Below, in pieces: positions 12,920 through 25,254 of a stretch of DNA of 64,000 nucleotides. The notes beneath the pieces were generated by a model. That model was not told the origin of the DNA and did not search any database. It was given only the letters and a program-made list of their open reading frames with translations. The position numbers and the translations under genes were made by a program. Origin of the DNA: Ptychomitrium polyphyllum (lineage: Eukaryota); the NCBI GenBank assembly GCA_973851085.1, contig OZ316775.1, positions 20,832,001 through 20,896,000 on the forward strand. Reading direction: 5' to 3'. The first letter of the stretch is position 1. Each line of letters begins with the position of its first letter.

Positions 12920-14010
12920 TGATGTTTAGGATCTCATGGTGCAACGTCTCTTGATGTAAATCAAAAACTGTGACAGATACAAACTTCCTGTCTTTTTTTT
13001 TTTTCGGTGACTCCTCACTCCCCACTCTGTCACCCTCCTTCTCACAAGGCTCATGTCATACTTCTGTTCTTAACTATTCATCTTCCTTTGTCTTCCATTC
13101 CTCTGCAATTCCTCTGCAGTTTGAGGTTTTGTCTGTTTACGAGCTACCGCTGATGCTTTAGCTGTGAGAGCTAAGGACACTCTACGCTATTGAAGTTTCT
13201 GTTGGCTAAACTAGGGGTACATCCTCGTTCTACTAGTTATTTTGACTTTCTTTTGCTTCGAAGGATAATATGTTGAACAGGACCTTACACCATGTAGAAG
13301 ATGTTGTATGGTCATATGTATTGGTGTGCGCTAAATTTTGCACCACTCAAAACTCGAGATTGTGCTTTGGGTTGTTGAAACAAATTATTATGCTCCGCGC
13401 GGTGATTGTTTTTAGGTTGGGTCAATACTGAGCCTGGTCCCTGTGTGACCAGTTGTTACTCGGTTGATCATATGCTTATGGCTGAATAACATGACGCTAG
13501 CAGATTGTCAGGATACGAGGTGGAAGTCCGATAGACGGGATATGTATCTTTTGTAGGATATAGAAGTTTTGGTTATATTCCTGACGTCCATAAGGGTCAA
13601 TCGAAATCGTTGCCACTGAAAGTGCTCATTCTCCCTGTGGTATAGCTCTTCGATTTTTGGGAAATGATATTGGTGTGCCGGATGAAGATTGTTGGCTTTA
13701 ATATGAATGTGCAGGCAGTGTTTCTTAGAGACGACGTTTAGGGTTCAACGGTGTAAATAAAAACCCGTTTATCAAATCGATCTAGACTAGTGGCAGACAC
13801 TTCCTTTCTTTCCTGTCATTGTCTCTGTCTTCATTTCAGTTTCCGCAAGGCATCTATCGTCATCCTTCTACTCTGCTGTATTCGTCCACTTTGTTTCCAT
13901 GGTCTTCGTTTCTTCTGCAGTTTCCTATGCAGTTTGAGGTTTTGTTTGCCTACAGGCCACCATTGATGCTGTAGCTATGAGAGCTGAGGGCAGTCTGCAT
14001 CGTTGGAATT
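12920..14010. repeat. Diverged direct repeat pair (~12920-13200 and ~13733-14010)
   Basis: ctctgcagtttgaggttttgtctgtttacgagctaccgctgatgctttagctgtgagagctaagg versus ctatgcagtttgaggttttgtttgcctacaggccaccattgatgctgtagctatgagagctgagg, with weaker similarity extending upstream. Confidence 0.8.
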
Positions 14011-16840
14011 CAGAGAGTAAGCTTCGGATTGAAATGATACTGTTAATTATGATAGTATGTCAAAGTTACGACCTCAAGAGTGAAGCGTTTCATAGTTGGT
14101 TAAAGAAGACGAATAACATCTGAAGTTAAAGGCTTCAGTAAGCTTGTGTGAGGTTGAGGCTTACCTACAATAACGCTTTTGAGCTTGTGGACTTGCAGTG
14201 TGTGAACAAATGGTTATTTTCACACAAATTAAGGATGATTTTTTCTTTTAGTCCTTGTAAGTGGTAAGTGTCCTGCTTTTGACACTACTGCTCTCACAGC
14301 TCGTTTAGAACTAATTTCTGTTCCGATGGTTCATGCAGGATCGTAACCAGTTTCGATGCTCAGTGCTTTGACATTCTGTTCGCGGTACGAAGCATGTTCC
14401 GGCTGAGGTCCACAAAGTGATATTTGTGTACGTAACAAATCGCAGCTCCTAGTCGCATATGATTGCATATACAATGCCTTAGTACAGAGTACCGTGCAGA
14501 AGTCTAAGCTCCTTCACACACTGGCTGTGGTGCACTGTACATTGACAATCACAGAACCATACAGTTGATGAAACTGCTACTCTTGTTTTTCTATGAAGGT
14601 TAGTGTACCAGCCAGTTTTGCGTCGAATTCTATCACTGAAAAGAAATGAAAAGTGCGAGTTCTCTGATTTTCCAGATGCTTTTGTGGGTTCTTCACCTCC
14701 ATTTTATTTTCTTAATGTGTTTTGTGTAAATATTTCATTCACATAGATGTGAGCTTCTTGGACAAAATATGTCTAGCAATGGGATATTGAGAAAATTGTT
14801 GACAACTCTGTTTGGCATGATATTAAAGGCTGTCATTAACTCAGAGTAAGAGAATCTATTGCTTCTTTTTTATCCGTCAGCTTCTAGGACACCATCAGTA
14901 TGGCCGATCAGAATACGTTTCACTTTGAATTTTACTGTCGTATCATAAATCGTTCCGGAGGTCAGTGCATGTGGAAGTTATAACCAACTTTTCAGTTTTA
15001 ACTCTTAATCCTTAAAGGATAGACCTATAACTACGGGATTAAGCTTTACAAATTCTGCTTAATCCCATAGTGTGACGAAATCTAAATAGATGTTTTCAGT
15101 ACGTGAAGGTACGTGAAAATTCTTATTTTAAAAGAATTTTAAATTTTATAGGTGAACACTGTTACAATGGGTTAATTTTTACTTAGAATTGACAAAATTC
15201 ACTAAAATAGGCATTCAATCATTGGGCTTCCAAGTATATAAATATATAAATAAATGATCCATTTTAATAGAGTCATACTTCCAAATCATCATCACTTGCC
15301 TAATGACAATGATGTACTTTTTCAAATCATGGTTATCTTCTTATGAACTTAACCATTAATTCATGAATTTGGCAGTATATTTTACTTCAAATCTAAATTT
15401 ATTAAAGGCTTAATAGTTTTTAAGGTTTAAAACCAAAAAAAATGATTTTATATCAAGATAATAAAGGTAATGTAGAAAATTTTAACATGTAATATTTAAT
15501 GAGTTATTTGAAATATCAATTAACGTAAAAAATGGATAAAAAATAATTCCATTAATAAAGTCATACTAAGTTAGATTTTAGTTATTATCAAAATTCCAAT
15601 TTTTTTTTACATTATACAAATCAAAATTGTTTTTTATTCACATTGTTTATTGATTCAAATAATAGTTTTTTTCAGTACAAAAGATATAACAAATCTTTAG
15701 TAATTGGAGTGAACAACAATTAACTATGGTTGCTTTTGATGATCCAATAGTTATTTTTACAAAAGAAATAATATTCATATAAATTAAAACATATTATTTA
15801 GACACCTTGTAAATAAGTAATAAATATTCAAAATTGGGAATTTTCAATTGAGCCTTTGAGCTTCTTCATTCTAATGTAACCTAATGTACACTTGCTAAAG
15901 ATTGTTACCTAAGAACAAGTGCAATGTACTTTTTCCATCTCATTCTCCACCATAAGTCCAATTCCATTTCATATTCCACCACAACAAAAAAAAACCATGA
16001 ACATTAACATTGCCTTACTCATACAATTTAACCTTAAATTACCAAAAGAAACCCCTCAAAATTGAATCCTCGAAGGCACCACTTAAAGAGTTCCTATGAG
16101 ACCAAAATTCAAAATTTAAGATCCAAAAAGCACTCACCGTTAGTCTTCTCAGTGGAATGCTAACAGCTGATTTGGCACCTTCTAAAACCTGCCCCTACAA
16201 TCTCGCAACAGAACCACCCCACATGATGTGCAAATAACTGCAAATCCATGGAAATGGTAAGTGGCTATAGGAGGTGGGAGAATCACCACAAAGCCACTCC
16301 CAAGCGAAGAAGGGGGGATTGTTGACTACTGCCGGGAGCTAGGACGCCTGTGGCAGCATGACAAGTGGCGGAGCGCGTCGACGAGCTGCGAGCGCAGCAA
16401 CTGCGAATGTGGCTTGCAAGGGCAGTTGCCGTGCCCTGAAGCGGTGAGACTGGAAGTAGGAGGGTCCGGCGACGGCGCTGGTCGCCACTGCAGGGCTTCA
16501 GTTATGGCCACAGTGCCTGGCAGCGCGGAAAGCTTCGCGGAGCCTGGGGCAGGACTTGGAAGCACTTTACTGCACTGAGTTGCAGCTGAGGCGTGAGCGA
16601 ATACATGGCGCTAGCTTTTCCGGCGCTGGGAACTAGAACAGCGGTCGATCGCCGCTGGCAGGGAGGGAGATTCAGATGTGAAGTCTAGGCCCATTTCGGG
16701 TTTCAGCGACAGTGGACTGGTTGAACCGGCGTTGACATGAGGTGAGTCCAGGTTTGCGGTGTCGATGGTTGCTAGAACGCGCGAGAGATACAGATGGACC
16801 GAGTGGTGTGGGACGGGGTGCAGCGGTTGAGGTGGAGAGG

Positions 16841-19800
16841 ATGGAAGGGCACGGTCTAGAGTGCGGAGGTGCAATGATGGAGGATTTGGACGCTGGGAGT
16901 GGCGGACATGGTAGTGGCGAGGTGGGCGGTGCGACAGTGCCGCCGCGGTCGTGGCTCGCGACGAAAAGCAGGAGTTTGGGGCAATTGTTGCGGAGTGGTG
17001 TGGACCGCGGTGGGAAGAGTGTGCGTCGGACGTGGAGGAAGCGCCCTCGCGACGCGAGGGATATCTGGGCGTTCGCGTGCCGCAACCTCATAACGATGTG
17101 CGCCGTGTTGTTGAGTGGGATCGTGGTGTGGGAGATTTCGGTGGATTCGATGCGCAGCCGCGTGAATTATTTCATTGTGTTTCCGATTTACCTCCCACAT
17201 GCTGTCACTCTGTCCATGGCGTGTCTGTGGCGGATTGGGGTGGTGCCGGGGAACATGGTAGGACTGTATTTGACGAGGATGTACATGGCGGGACGCGGGC
17301 AGGGGTTCACGAGCGTGAACACCACGATTCTGTTCGTTGTTTGCATTATCAATACCGCGCAGAGCCATGTGGGGGCCTATTACATCCGGAAGTGTTTGTG
17401 TAGGGGCAGGAATAAGAAGCTGCCGACCATTGATTCCGTGGCTGATGCGGTGTGGTTTTTGGTTATCGTCAGCCTCAGTTCCTTGGTGTTTTCGATTGTG
17501 GCTTCGTTGTTCGTCACGGTGTCCCCGTTAGTCGAGTGGCGGTACTTCTGGCAGTTTTGGAGCACTTGGTGGCTTGGGATTTTGGCTGCCATGACTACCA
17601 TTACGCCGCTTATCATTCATTCAATAGCATGGAAGCGTTCACCGCATTTCATTCGGCCGGGGAAGATCATCGAGTGTGTGCTTACTGCCGGCGTTACCCT
17701 GGGCGTTGCATGTCTGGTTTTCATCTTCAACTTGCATTCCTTCCGCCCGATGCCCTACCTTTGCGTCCCGGTCATCATGTACACGACGTTTCGATTTAAT
17801 CGTGTGGGCTGGGCATTCACAGTTACTGTGATGTCTATGCTTTCTGCGTTGGGGAGCATTCGCAAGCGTGGGGCGGTGCATGCCTTGTCTAATAGTGTAA
17901 TGACATGGTCGGCTAACCTCCTCCTTCAGGTCTAAGTTAATATCAGTTGACTCACTGATTTTTTAATTATATTGAAGATTGTATGGGCGTTTTTCAGAGG
18001 TGATTCTTTCCATGGAGTTTTGGAGGTGCAACTAGTGCTGAATTAGGTCTATCTATGTTTAATAAATATGTAATGTCGGACCTGGACATAGCTGTTCTTA
18101 GTGTGATCTATCTGACGGAGGCTATTTGTTGTGGAATGATCGTGATCGACCTTGGTCGAGCAGATTGAGCTCTTCAGCATTGTGATGGGGGTGGTGAGTA
18201 TTACTCTTGCTGCGGCAGTGAGGGAGAATAAGAATCTGACTCGAAAACTTCATCAAATGAACGCTGAGCTTGAATGCACAGTGGACAGTAGAACAATGGA
18301 GCTGCGGAAAACAAACGAAGAGCTTCAGATTTCGCAGAAGCAGGCTGAGATGGCGAGCAATGCCAAGTCCGATTTCTTGGCCAATATGAGTCACGAAATC
18401 AGGTCACAACAATGCCATTCAAATTCACTTTATCTGCATTTAAATGAGGATATAGTTCATCCAGGGGTTTTTTCTGGTGCGTTGAATTCACAATGTGCAA
18501 TGCTCTGACTTGTGTAGGACACCGATTCACGGAATTTTGGGGCTAACAGCATTGCTTCTGGAATCTGAACTTAGTAGCGATCAGGAGGAGAGTCTTGTAT
18601 CAGTAAAGGAATGCGCTGATCTTCTCCTTCACATCATCAATAGCGTCTTGGATCTTGCTAAAATTGAGGCTGGTCGTCTCGAGGTAGAAAGGGTTCCATT
18701 CAATATTCGAAAAATGGTCTCAAGCACATTTCGAATGATGGAACCTAGAGCTCAAGAGCGTGGCTTGAAGCTATTGTGGGAAGTAGACAGGGATGTGCCG
18801 GATTTGCTTGGAGGAGACGTCGGAAAACTCCAGCAGTGCTTGTTAAACTTAGGTTTGAGCTTTGCCCATAAACCTGGCTGATGTTGTGTGTATGTGCATC
18901 CTTTCGTTGAATCAGTTTTATGATTTTCTTTTAATGAAACTAATCCCTGTTTTTGGTTGTAGTTGGCAATGCACTGAAGTTCACACATGAAGGATCCATA
19001 TCTGTGCACATCAGGGCGCTTTCTGACTTTTTGAAAGCGTCCATGCTGCATGCGCATGGTGGTAAGAAATCTGTCCTGGAGTTGGGAAATCTTCTGAGTA
19101 ACCATATTTTGGGCCTAAAAAGTGAAACTAAGATACCATTAAAGTTTTGTATTTCTTACTGTTTCCATGGTGCACCAGGTCTTAGCACTACAGTAGCTGT
19201 GCTTATGCCTGACACGATATTTTTTGACAAACCCGCAGGGGCTCTCATTCCAGAGAACATGCTGATTCACTTCGAGATTCGTGACACTGGAATTGGAATC
19301 AATAAGGAGAAGCTTAAAGATATGTTCAAGCCTTTCACTCAAGCTGATGCATCCACTTCTCGTCTTTATGGTGGGACTGGCCTTGGTCTCTGTATAGTCC
19401 ACAGGTACCCCATTCTCGTTTTGTCTTGTGCACTTCTTGTGCTATGTTGTTACGAAAACATTGCCTGCTATGGTTGTCAAATTTTATGGTGCTCTAAGTT
19501 GTTGATTTACCTTCCAAGTTTACTTTACTATGATCTCCTTGCACCCACACGCAGTTCACTGTATATGATATCAATTAGGTTTGTGGAGCTTCTAGGTGGC
19601 TCAATCTGGGTGGAAAGTGAAGTTGGAAAGGGTAGTGCCTTTCATTTTTGCTTGCCTCTCTTCCTCAGCACTCCTACGTCCAAAGAAGATTCAGCAGAAA
19701 CCTCTCTAAGAATGATACCCCCAGGTCCGCTTCAAAAAATTATCCAGTTGCTCTTATTGCTGCGGATGTATAGTTGTAATTACGGCCACCACAGTAGTCC

Positions 19801-21244
19801 TTTTCTCTTGTTGTGTGTGAACCATTTTATATTAGATGAACATTAGTCACGTTGCGATCGGATGTGATGTGCGAGGTTTAGTTCGTCAAACCAATTGTCC
19901 GGATGGCTTGGTTGATAGTTGCTCTTGCAGGCAACGTTCACAGCAAACAGTGGGGCCACATGGGCGGCTTGGGTTTCCATCATCTTGGTTCAGAAAATAC
20001 TAATGGAGCAATGGAACAATTGGATTCTGGATTACCAGGTGAGATGTCAACGATTGCGTCAAATGATCTTCAAGTGACGTCAACAAGCGACCTTCAGGAA
20101 ATGTGGAAGGCTAGCACAAATAGCCATGCGATTTCGATAGATGCTCTTTCTGCGTGTCTGTCGATTGAAAAAGAAAATCTCTCATTATCTATTGACAATG
20201 GGAAACCTTGTGGTCAAGGCTCGACACAGAATTTTAGTACAGAATGTGTTTCATCCAATCGTACGCGACGAGCATCTAGCTCAGACTATGAATCATACAA
20301 AAAGTCGCAAAATACTAGATATAATTTTGATCGTGGAAATTCAGGGGCAAGAGCCAGCGCGCCTTATGGGCTTCCTCGTTGGTATTATAGGGGTGGTGGC
20401 AGAGGCGCAAGCAATGATGTCACCAAACCACCAGTGGAAAAGTCTCCTCTTAGTGTTCAATCGAAATCAGACATGCTGGAGGTTGTTATTGTACAGAGTA
20501 AAACACAGTTTCCTTTAGATACAGCAAGATCCACGGGTGGCTTTGAAGGTTCATCAATTTCGATATTGCCTAGTGGAGAAGATGCGGTAAGGGCTTCCTT
20601 GGATGCCCAAGGAACAAACACAGCCCAATCTAGGTTACAGATGAGTGCATCAGAGCTGGGTAGGGATTCTTCAGTAGAAATAGAGAAGGTGTTGTTAGAA
20701 AATAAACTTCAGTTGAGAATCCTTCTAGCAGAGGACAATGTCATAAATCAAAAAATTGCAAGCCGGCAGCTTCAGAAGCATGGTCATGCTGTCACCATTG
20801 TGGGTGATGGGCAGCAAGCTTTGGATGCGATTTGTGCACAGCATGACAATTTTGACCTCGTTCTCATGGACGTGCAGGTACCTACTCTTGTCCGTTGCAC
20901 TCTCAACTATTCATGTAGGTTAGAATCTTTTAATTTGCTGGGCTCTGCTTCCAGCAATCAACGTTTGTTTTTTATGATCGGTTTGAGATATGCAGCTGAC
21001 TATGGGTATTGTTTAGATGCCAATCATGGATGGATTGTTTGCGACGGAACAAATACGGAAGGTAGAAAAGGAGAAGGGATGGTCAAGGGTGCCGATTTTA
21101 GGGCTCACAGCGCATGCTATCGGGGGCTATCAAGAAACGTGTCTGATTCATGGCATGGATGGCTACCTCGGAAAGCCGTTCGACATCCTACAGCTTCTGA
21201 AATCTATAGGTCATATGCTACCCAAGAAAATTCTGGATCAGTAA
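16841..21244 (+). CDS. Hybrid sensor histidine kinase: MASE1-like multi-TM sensor + HisKA + HATPase_c + receiver, about 1102 aa
   Basis: Exons (+): 16841-17929, 18164-18402, 18518-18852, 18963-19061, 19179-19404, 19579-19724, 19931-20877, 21017-21244; sum 3309 nt in frame. H-box [19 protein letters not shown]-box [11 protein letters not shown]1 DTGIGI, F/G2 [17 protein letters not shown], receiver ILLAEDN...LVLMDVQMPIMDG...GYLGKP. Exon 1 carries many hydrophobic helices with MASE1-like motifs (WWLG..A...ITPLI, P....FRF...G). Confidence 0.93.
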
Positions 21245-21619
21245 GCTTGATTCATACATTTGTACAATATTACATATTCACTGCAGGAGGACCATTTATT
21301 TCCAAGCAATATTATGATCAAGCAACAGATTCAGCTTTTCCACAGCTCTGCGTGTTGTGCTGCTTGCTAAAGCTTTCTCTATTCACCATCATAGATACAG
21401 CGCAGCATCTGAGGGTAGTATTTTTGTATCTGATGTCATTCAATTCAGGGCTTATGCTGCTGTAAATATTTGCTGATTTTTAATAAGACGGCTCAGTTGG
21501 TTTAAATGAATATGCGGCTACAGAAAACGTGGCAAGATGTTTGGCGACTAGAAAAATCAAAATATCACAATAATAGATAAGATTTCAAATTAAATTTTAG
21601 CCTGAGAACATGAAAAAGA

Positions 21620-22053
21620 AGTGGATGACGAAACTGTTGGTGAGTTACTAGTTGCAGGTCTGCAAATACAGATTCTGCAGATGTGACTAAGGAATCCATA
21701 GCAGTCTCTGAAGGCGCAGCTGATTTGTTCCCAGCTTGAGATCTGTCCTGATAAGCCTTGACCTGGAATCCGCTTTGGATACTGGAGCGCCACACCTTGA
21801 CGTGTGTTTGACGCCGGTTGCAGCACAGAAGGAAGTCAGCTTATTTAGATCGGAGGAACCGTAGCCGGTCTCCTGATCCAAGGGGATCCGTTTCTCCGTC
21901 TCGGTAATGCTCACTCGGTCGTCCAGCCAGTTTGCATCTTCAAAGCTCAGGGCATTGATACACTTCAAATAGCTCCTCATAGAAGTAGCACATCGCCTTG
22001 TCGGGAGCAAAGCGGGGACCCCGCATGCCACACATCTTATCCCACATTCTCAT
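21620..22053 (-). pseudogene. Possible decayed coding fragment of unknown family
   Basis: One continuous minus frame from ATG 22053: MRMWDKMCGMRGPRFAPDKAMCYFYEELFEVYQCPEL*RCKLAG...RSK*ADFLLCC...VWRSSIQSGFQVKAYQ... with two internal stops. Preceded by an acceptor-like tttcag; GC content above the flanks. Confidence 0.3.
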
Positions 22054-23343
22054 GTTCCCTGAAAGCAGGCTTAGCCGATTCCAAAACTGGAACTCTTGAA
22101 CTTTAGGATTTTACTTCAAAGCTTGAAACTAGTGTACAGTTGGAGCGAAGAGATAGAGCACCATCTCTCCAGTTGGACACTTCCTGCAGTACTAGGAATT
22201 CACGACAGACATCCTGCGAAAGCTCACCCTGTTATATCGAATGCTACATACACTCGCTGTAAGTTCATGATCGTGTCGAACAGCTGCTAACGAGCATAAC
22301 AATTAGCGGACCTCAGTTGTTTGCATCACCGATGCATCAGTTGATGCTCCCCTGGCGGCAACCAGGGCTCCTTTTCTCATTTGTGACCAGTAGCTATATT
22401 TAGCGGCAAAGAATTTTCATTGATGCGAGAGTGGCGACATAAAATGTTTTTCATCTGTAGTTATGTCTCATTTTCATCCATGTGTGCAACTTTTCATCAA
22501 AAGCTTCGAAATACTTCAGTAAAGAAGAACATTTTTGACAACAAAAATATGGAAAAAAAAGGAATACGTATCCAAATCTTTCAAAAATTAAAAACATTAT
22601 TATCTAACTTAGTGGCAAGTTGTGAGAAAAACAAAATACTAGAGACTACTCCATGTAAATTAATTTTCACCTGATTTAAGCCTAAATGCACTATTGTGGT
22701 GGAAGAAAGAAATTTAACATTTAAATTTTACTTGTCCAGTAGCCTCCTTCCAAATTATACGTGAAAAGTCTCTATTTACATCTTTTTTGTTGCTATGCAT
22801 TTCTTACATTATTGTTATTTGTATTATATTATTCAACACTGTTGATTGCACGTTGATGAATTTGTGCAGGGATGTAATTACCTAGAAACTGTACGTTTTA
22901 TAGTAGCTACTTTCTGGTATATTTCAATACCGGTTTCACACTGTGAGTATGTTTGCTGACTTCTGGGATTTCAGAACAATACTTGATTTAGGGCTGCGAG
23001 CGGAGTTCGAATTCAGACTGAAAGACGTCGGTGTGGAGAGTTCGGAGGCTTTGCAAAGCGTGGGTCATGAACAAAGTTGAAAAGGATTGCTAAGATTTAG
23101 ATTGAGTTCTGAGTTTTAAGGACTTATGGCAGTTTAGGTTATCTTGGAATGTCATGGCGGATGTGGAATTTTAACGTTGCATCAGACTCGAATGTTTAGG
23201 GTTTCGAAAGAATTAGGATTAGACAGGCATAGCGCAAAGCTGAATGGGGTTCGGAAGATCATTGAGACACAGTTCAGGAGGTTTATGAGCGGGGAAGGCT
23301 TGTTGCAAATCTTTGCGTGGAAGTCGTCACATGTTGATCGACA

Positions 23344-25254
23344 ATGAGTGACAAAGCCTCCATGGTGGTGTTAGAACCAGAAGAGGATTCTGATGGTTAC
23401 ATATCTGCGGCGGACTTGAATCGGCGCATGCTGGAGAAGAAGAAAAAGGTTTGGGGTACGAAAGTGGAGTGGACCAAGAGCGCTTATTTTGACGTCTACG
23501 GCGCTCAAGCGAAAGCTGAAGTGATTTTGCAACCTCCAGCGCCGAATTCAAGGTTGACTTCTCGTGACTTGCAAGGCCTGGTGAGATGGGTGCTAGCAGA
23601 CGGAGTAAATCCCAAGTGGGTGTTCGTAAAGAACAAGCCGCTTGTGAAGCTGGTTGTGATGTTACATGTACCGGGATTGGACGCGGCGCTCTACATGGAG
23701 CATCCTGCTCTCTTCAAAAGCCTCAGTCAGTGTTGTGGGGTTCCTCAAGCAACTGTCGGGGCTAGTCCCCTGGCAACTCCTCAACAAACAATCGAGTCTC
23801 TTTTCAGTTGTCTGAAACCGAAAACTAAGACGAATGAGTCTCGAGGTCTGAAGAGGCCGCATTCCGAGAGTTCTACTTCAGACAGCGAGGGTGAGCAGGT
23901 GATGACCGTGCAACCACCAATTGAGGACGGAGACGATGGACACAAGCGGAGGAGGGTGGAGATTGAACACCTTAACGGAGAGCACAATCAACCATCGTTT
24001 CCTGCTTCTTTCTACACCTTGACAGCTCGAGAGATGCATGAGAACGGGTACCCTAAGGTTTCTCAAGATGGTGATATCCCATCAGGTTTTGTGAGAACTT
24101 TTCCTGCGACAGCAAACGTGACCCCTTTGGAGATGGTCGCTGTGGATTGTGAGATGTGTTACACACATGAAGGGTTGGAGCTTACGCGAGTATCAATGGT
24201 AAGCTCGCAAGGGACGGTTCTTTTAGACAAGTTAGTGAAGCCTGAAAATCCTATCACGAATTACAATACGCAGTATAGTGGGATTACGGCGGCCATGATG
24301 GCTGATGTTACAACGACTTTGGCAGATGTGCAAGAAGCGATTCTGCAGTTGGTGCATGCGGAGACGATACTGGTCGGCCATTCTGTCGAGAATGACTTAA
24401 TTGCACTTAAGATTTTGCATCCACTTGTGATTGATACGGCCCTGCTATACCACCATCCTACTAAAGGGCACATGTTTAAGCCTGCATTAAGAGTATTAAC
24501 TGGAAGATACTTGAAACGGAAGATCCAGGGTGGCATAGTTGGCCACGATAGTGTGGAAGATGCGCGTGCTGCTATGGATTTGGCTCTTTTGAAGATTAGC
24601 AAGGGTCCTGGATTCGGGAAGAGGATGAAACCGAACTGCGAAAATTTGATTGAGGTATTGGCGCGCCATGGTCGTTATAGCTCATTGATAGACAGGAGGC
24701 TTATGCTGCACCAATATGCTGTAGGGTCATGCAATGCGATCATCGCAACTTCAGATGATGATGTTTGTGCCAAAGCTACGAAAGAAGTCAAGAAAACTGG
24801 AGTGGACTTTGTGTGGGCTCAGTTCAAGGATTTGGACGCATATTATGAAGACCAAGGGCGAGCTATAGAGGATTGGTCCACCCGCCTGGCTGAGATGGCT
24901 GCCATGGTGACCTGCAACGTACCAGCTGAATTGAGGAGCCCTTCTGAGGAGACAGACACGAATCAAGAAGCGAAGACAGCTCGTAGATTGTTATCCCCGG
25001 GCTTGCAAAGAGTCTTGACTGGATTGGATGATCGTATCAAAAAGTTGTATGACGCTTTGGAAACCAATACTTTACTCATAGTGACAACCGGCCATGGTGA
25101 TACGAGTAGTGTTCGGCAGCTTCAGGAGCTCAAATGGAAGAGCCATCAAAACAAGGAAACTGGCTTAGAGAAGTGGACAAGGAGCAACGAAGATGTTCTT
25201 GAAGAATTTGCTACTCGGGCAGAGACTACACTTGCCTTCACATGCATGAAGTAG
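23344..25254 (+). CDS. SDN5: DEDDh 3'-5' RNA exonuclease, SDN5/REXO1 (Rex1)-like, single coding exon, 636 aa
   Basis: Exo motifs AVDCEM, GHSVENDL, HDSVEDARAA; N-terminal P.WVFVKNKPL and VPGLDAALY and C-terminal NTLLIV.TGHGDT, typical of the SDN5 clade. Confidence 0.9.
   Translation: MSDKASMVVLEPEEDSDGYISAADLNRRMLEKKKKVWGTKVEWTKSAYFDVYGAQAKAEVILQPPAPNSRLTSRDLQGLVRWVLADGVNPKWVFVKNKPLVKLVVMLHVPGLDAALYMEHPALFKSLSQCCGVPQATVGASPLATPQQTIESLFSCLKPKTKTNESRGLKRPHSESSTSDSEGEQVMTVQPPIEDGDDGHKRRRVEIEHLNGEHNQPSFPASFYTLTAREMHENGYPKVSQDGDIPSGFVRTFPATANVTPLEMVAVDCEMCYTHEGLELTRVSMVSSQGTVLLDKLVKPENPITNYNTQYSGITAAMMADVTTTLADVQEAILQLVHAETILVGHSVENDLIALKILHPLVIDTALLYHHPTKGHMFKPALRVLTGRYLKRKIQGGIVGHDSVEDARAAMDLALLKISKGPGFGKRMKPNCENLIEVLARHGRYSSLIDRRLMLHQYAVGSCNAIIATSDDDVCAKATKEVKKTGVDFVWAQFKDLDAYYEDQGRAIEDWSTRLAEMAAMVTCNVPAELRSPSEETDTNQEAKTARRLLSPGLQRVLTGLDDRIKKLYDALETNTLLIVTTGHGDTSSVRQLQELKWKSHQNKETGLEKWTRSNEDVLEEFATRAETTLAFTCMK

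Noticed and set aside
14290..14301. 12-nt inverted match to 13160-13171 suggesting a long hairpin
   Set aside because: Too short, 1.1 kb apart and without extension.
20878..21465. The 520-aa ORF read as a single exon ending at 21465
   Set aside because: The receiver motif DVQ|MP requires the 20878-21016 intron; the read-through tail resembles nothing.
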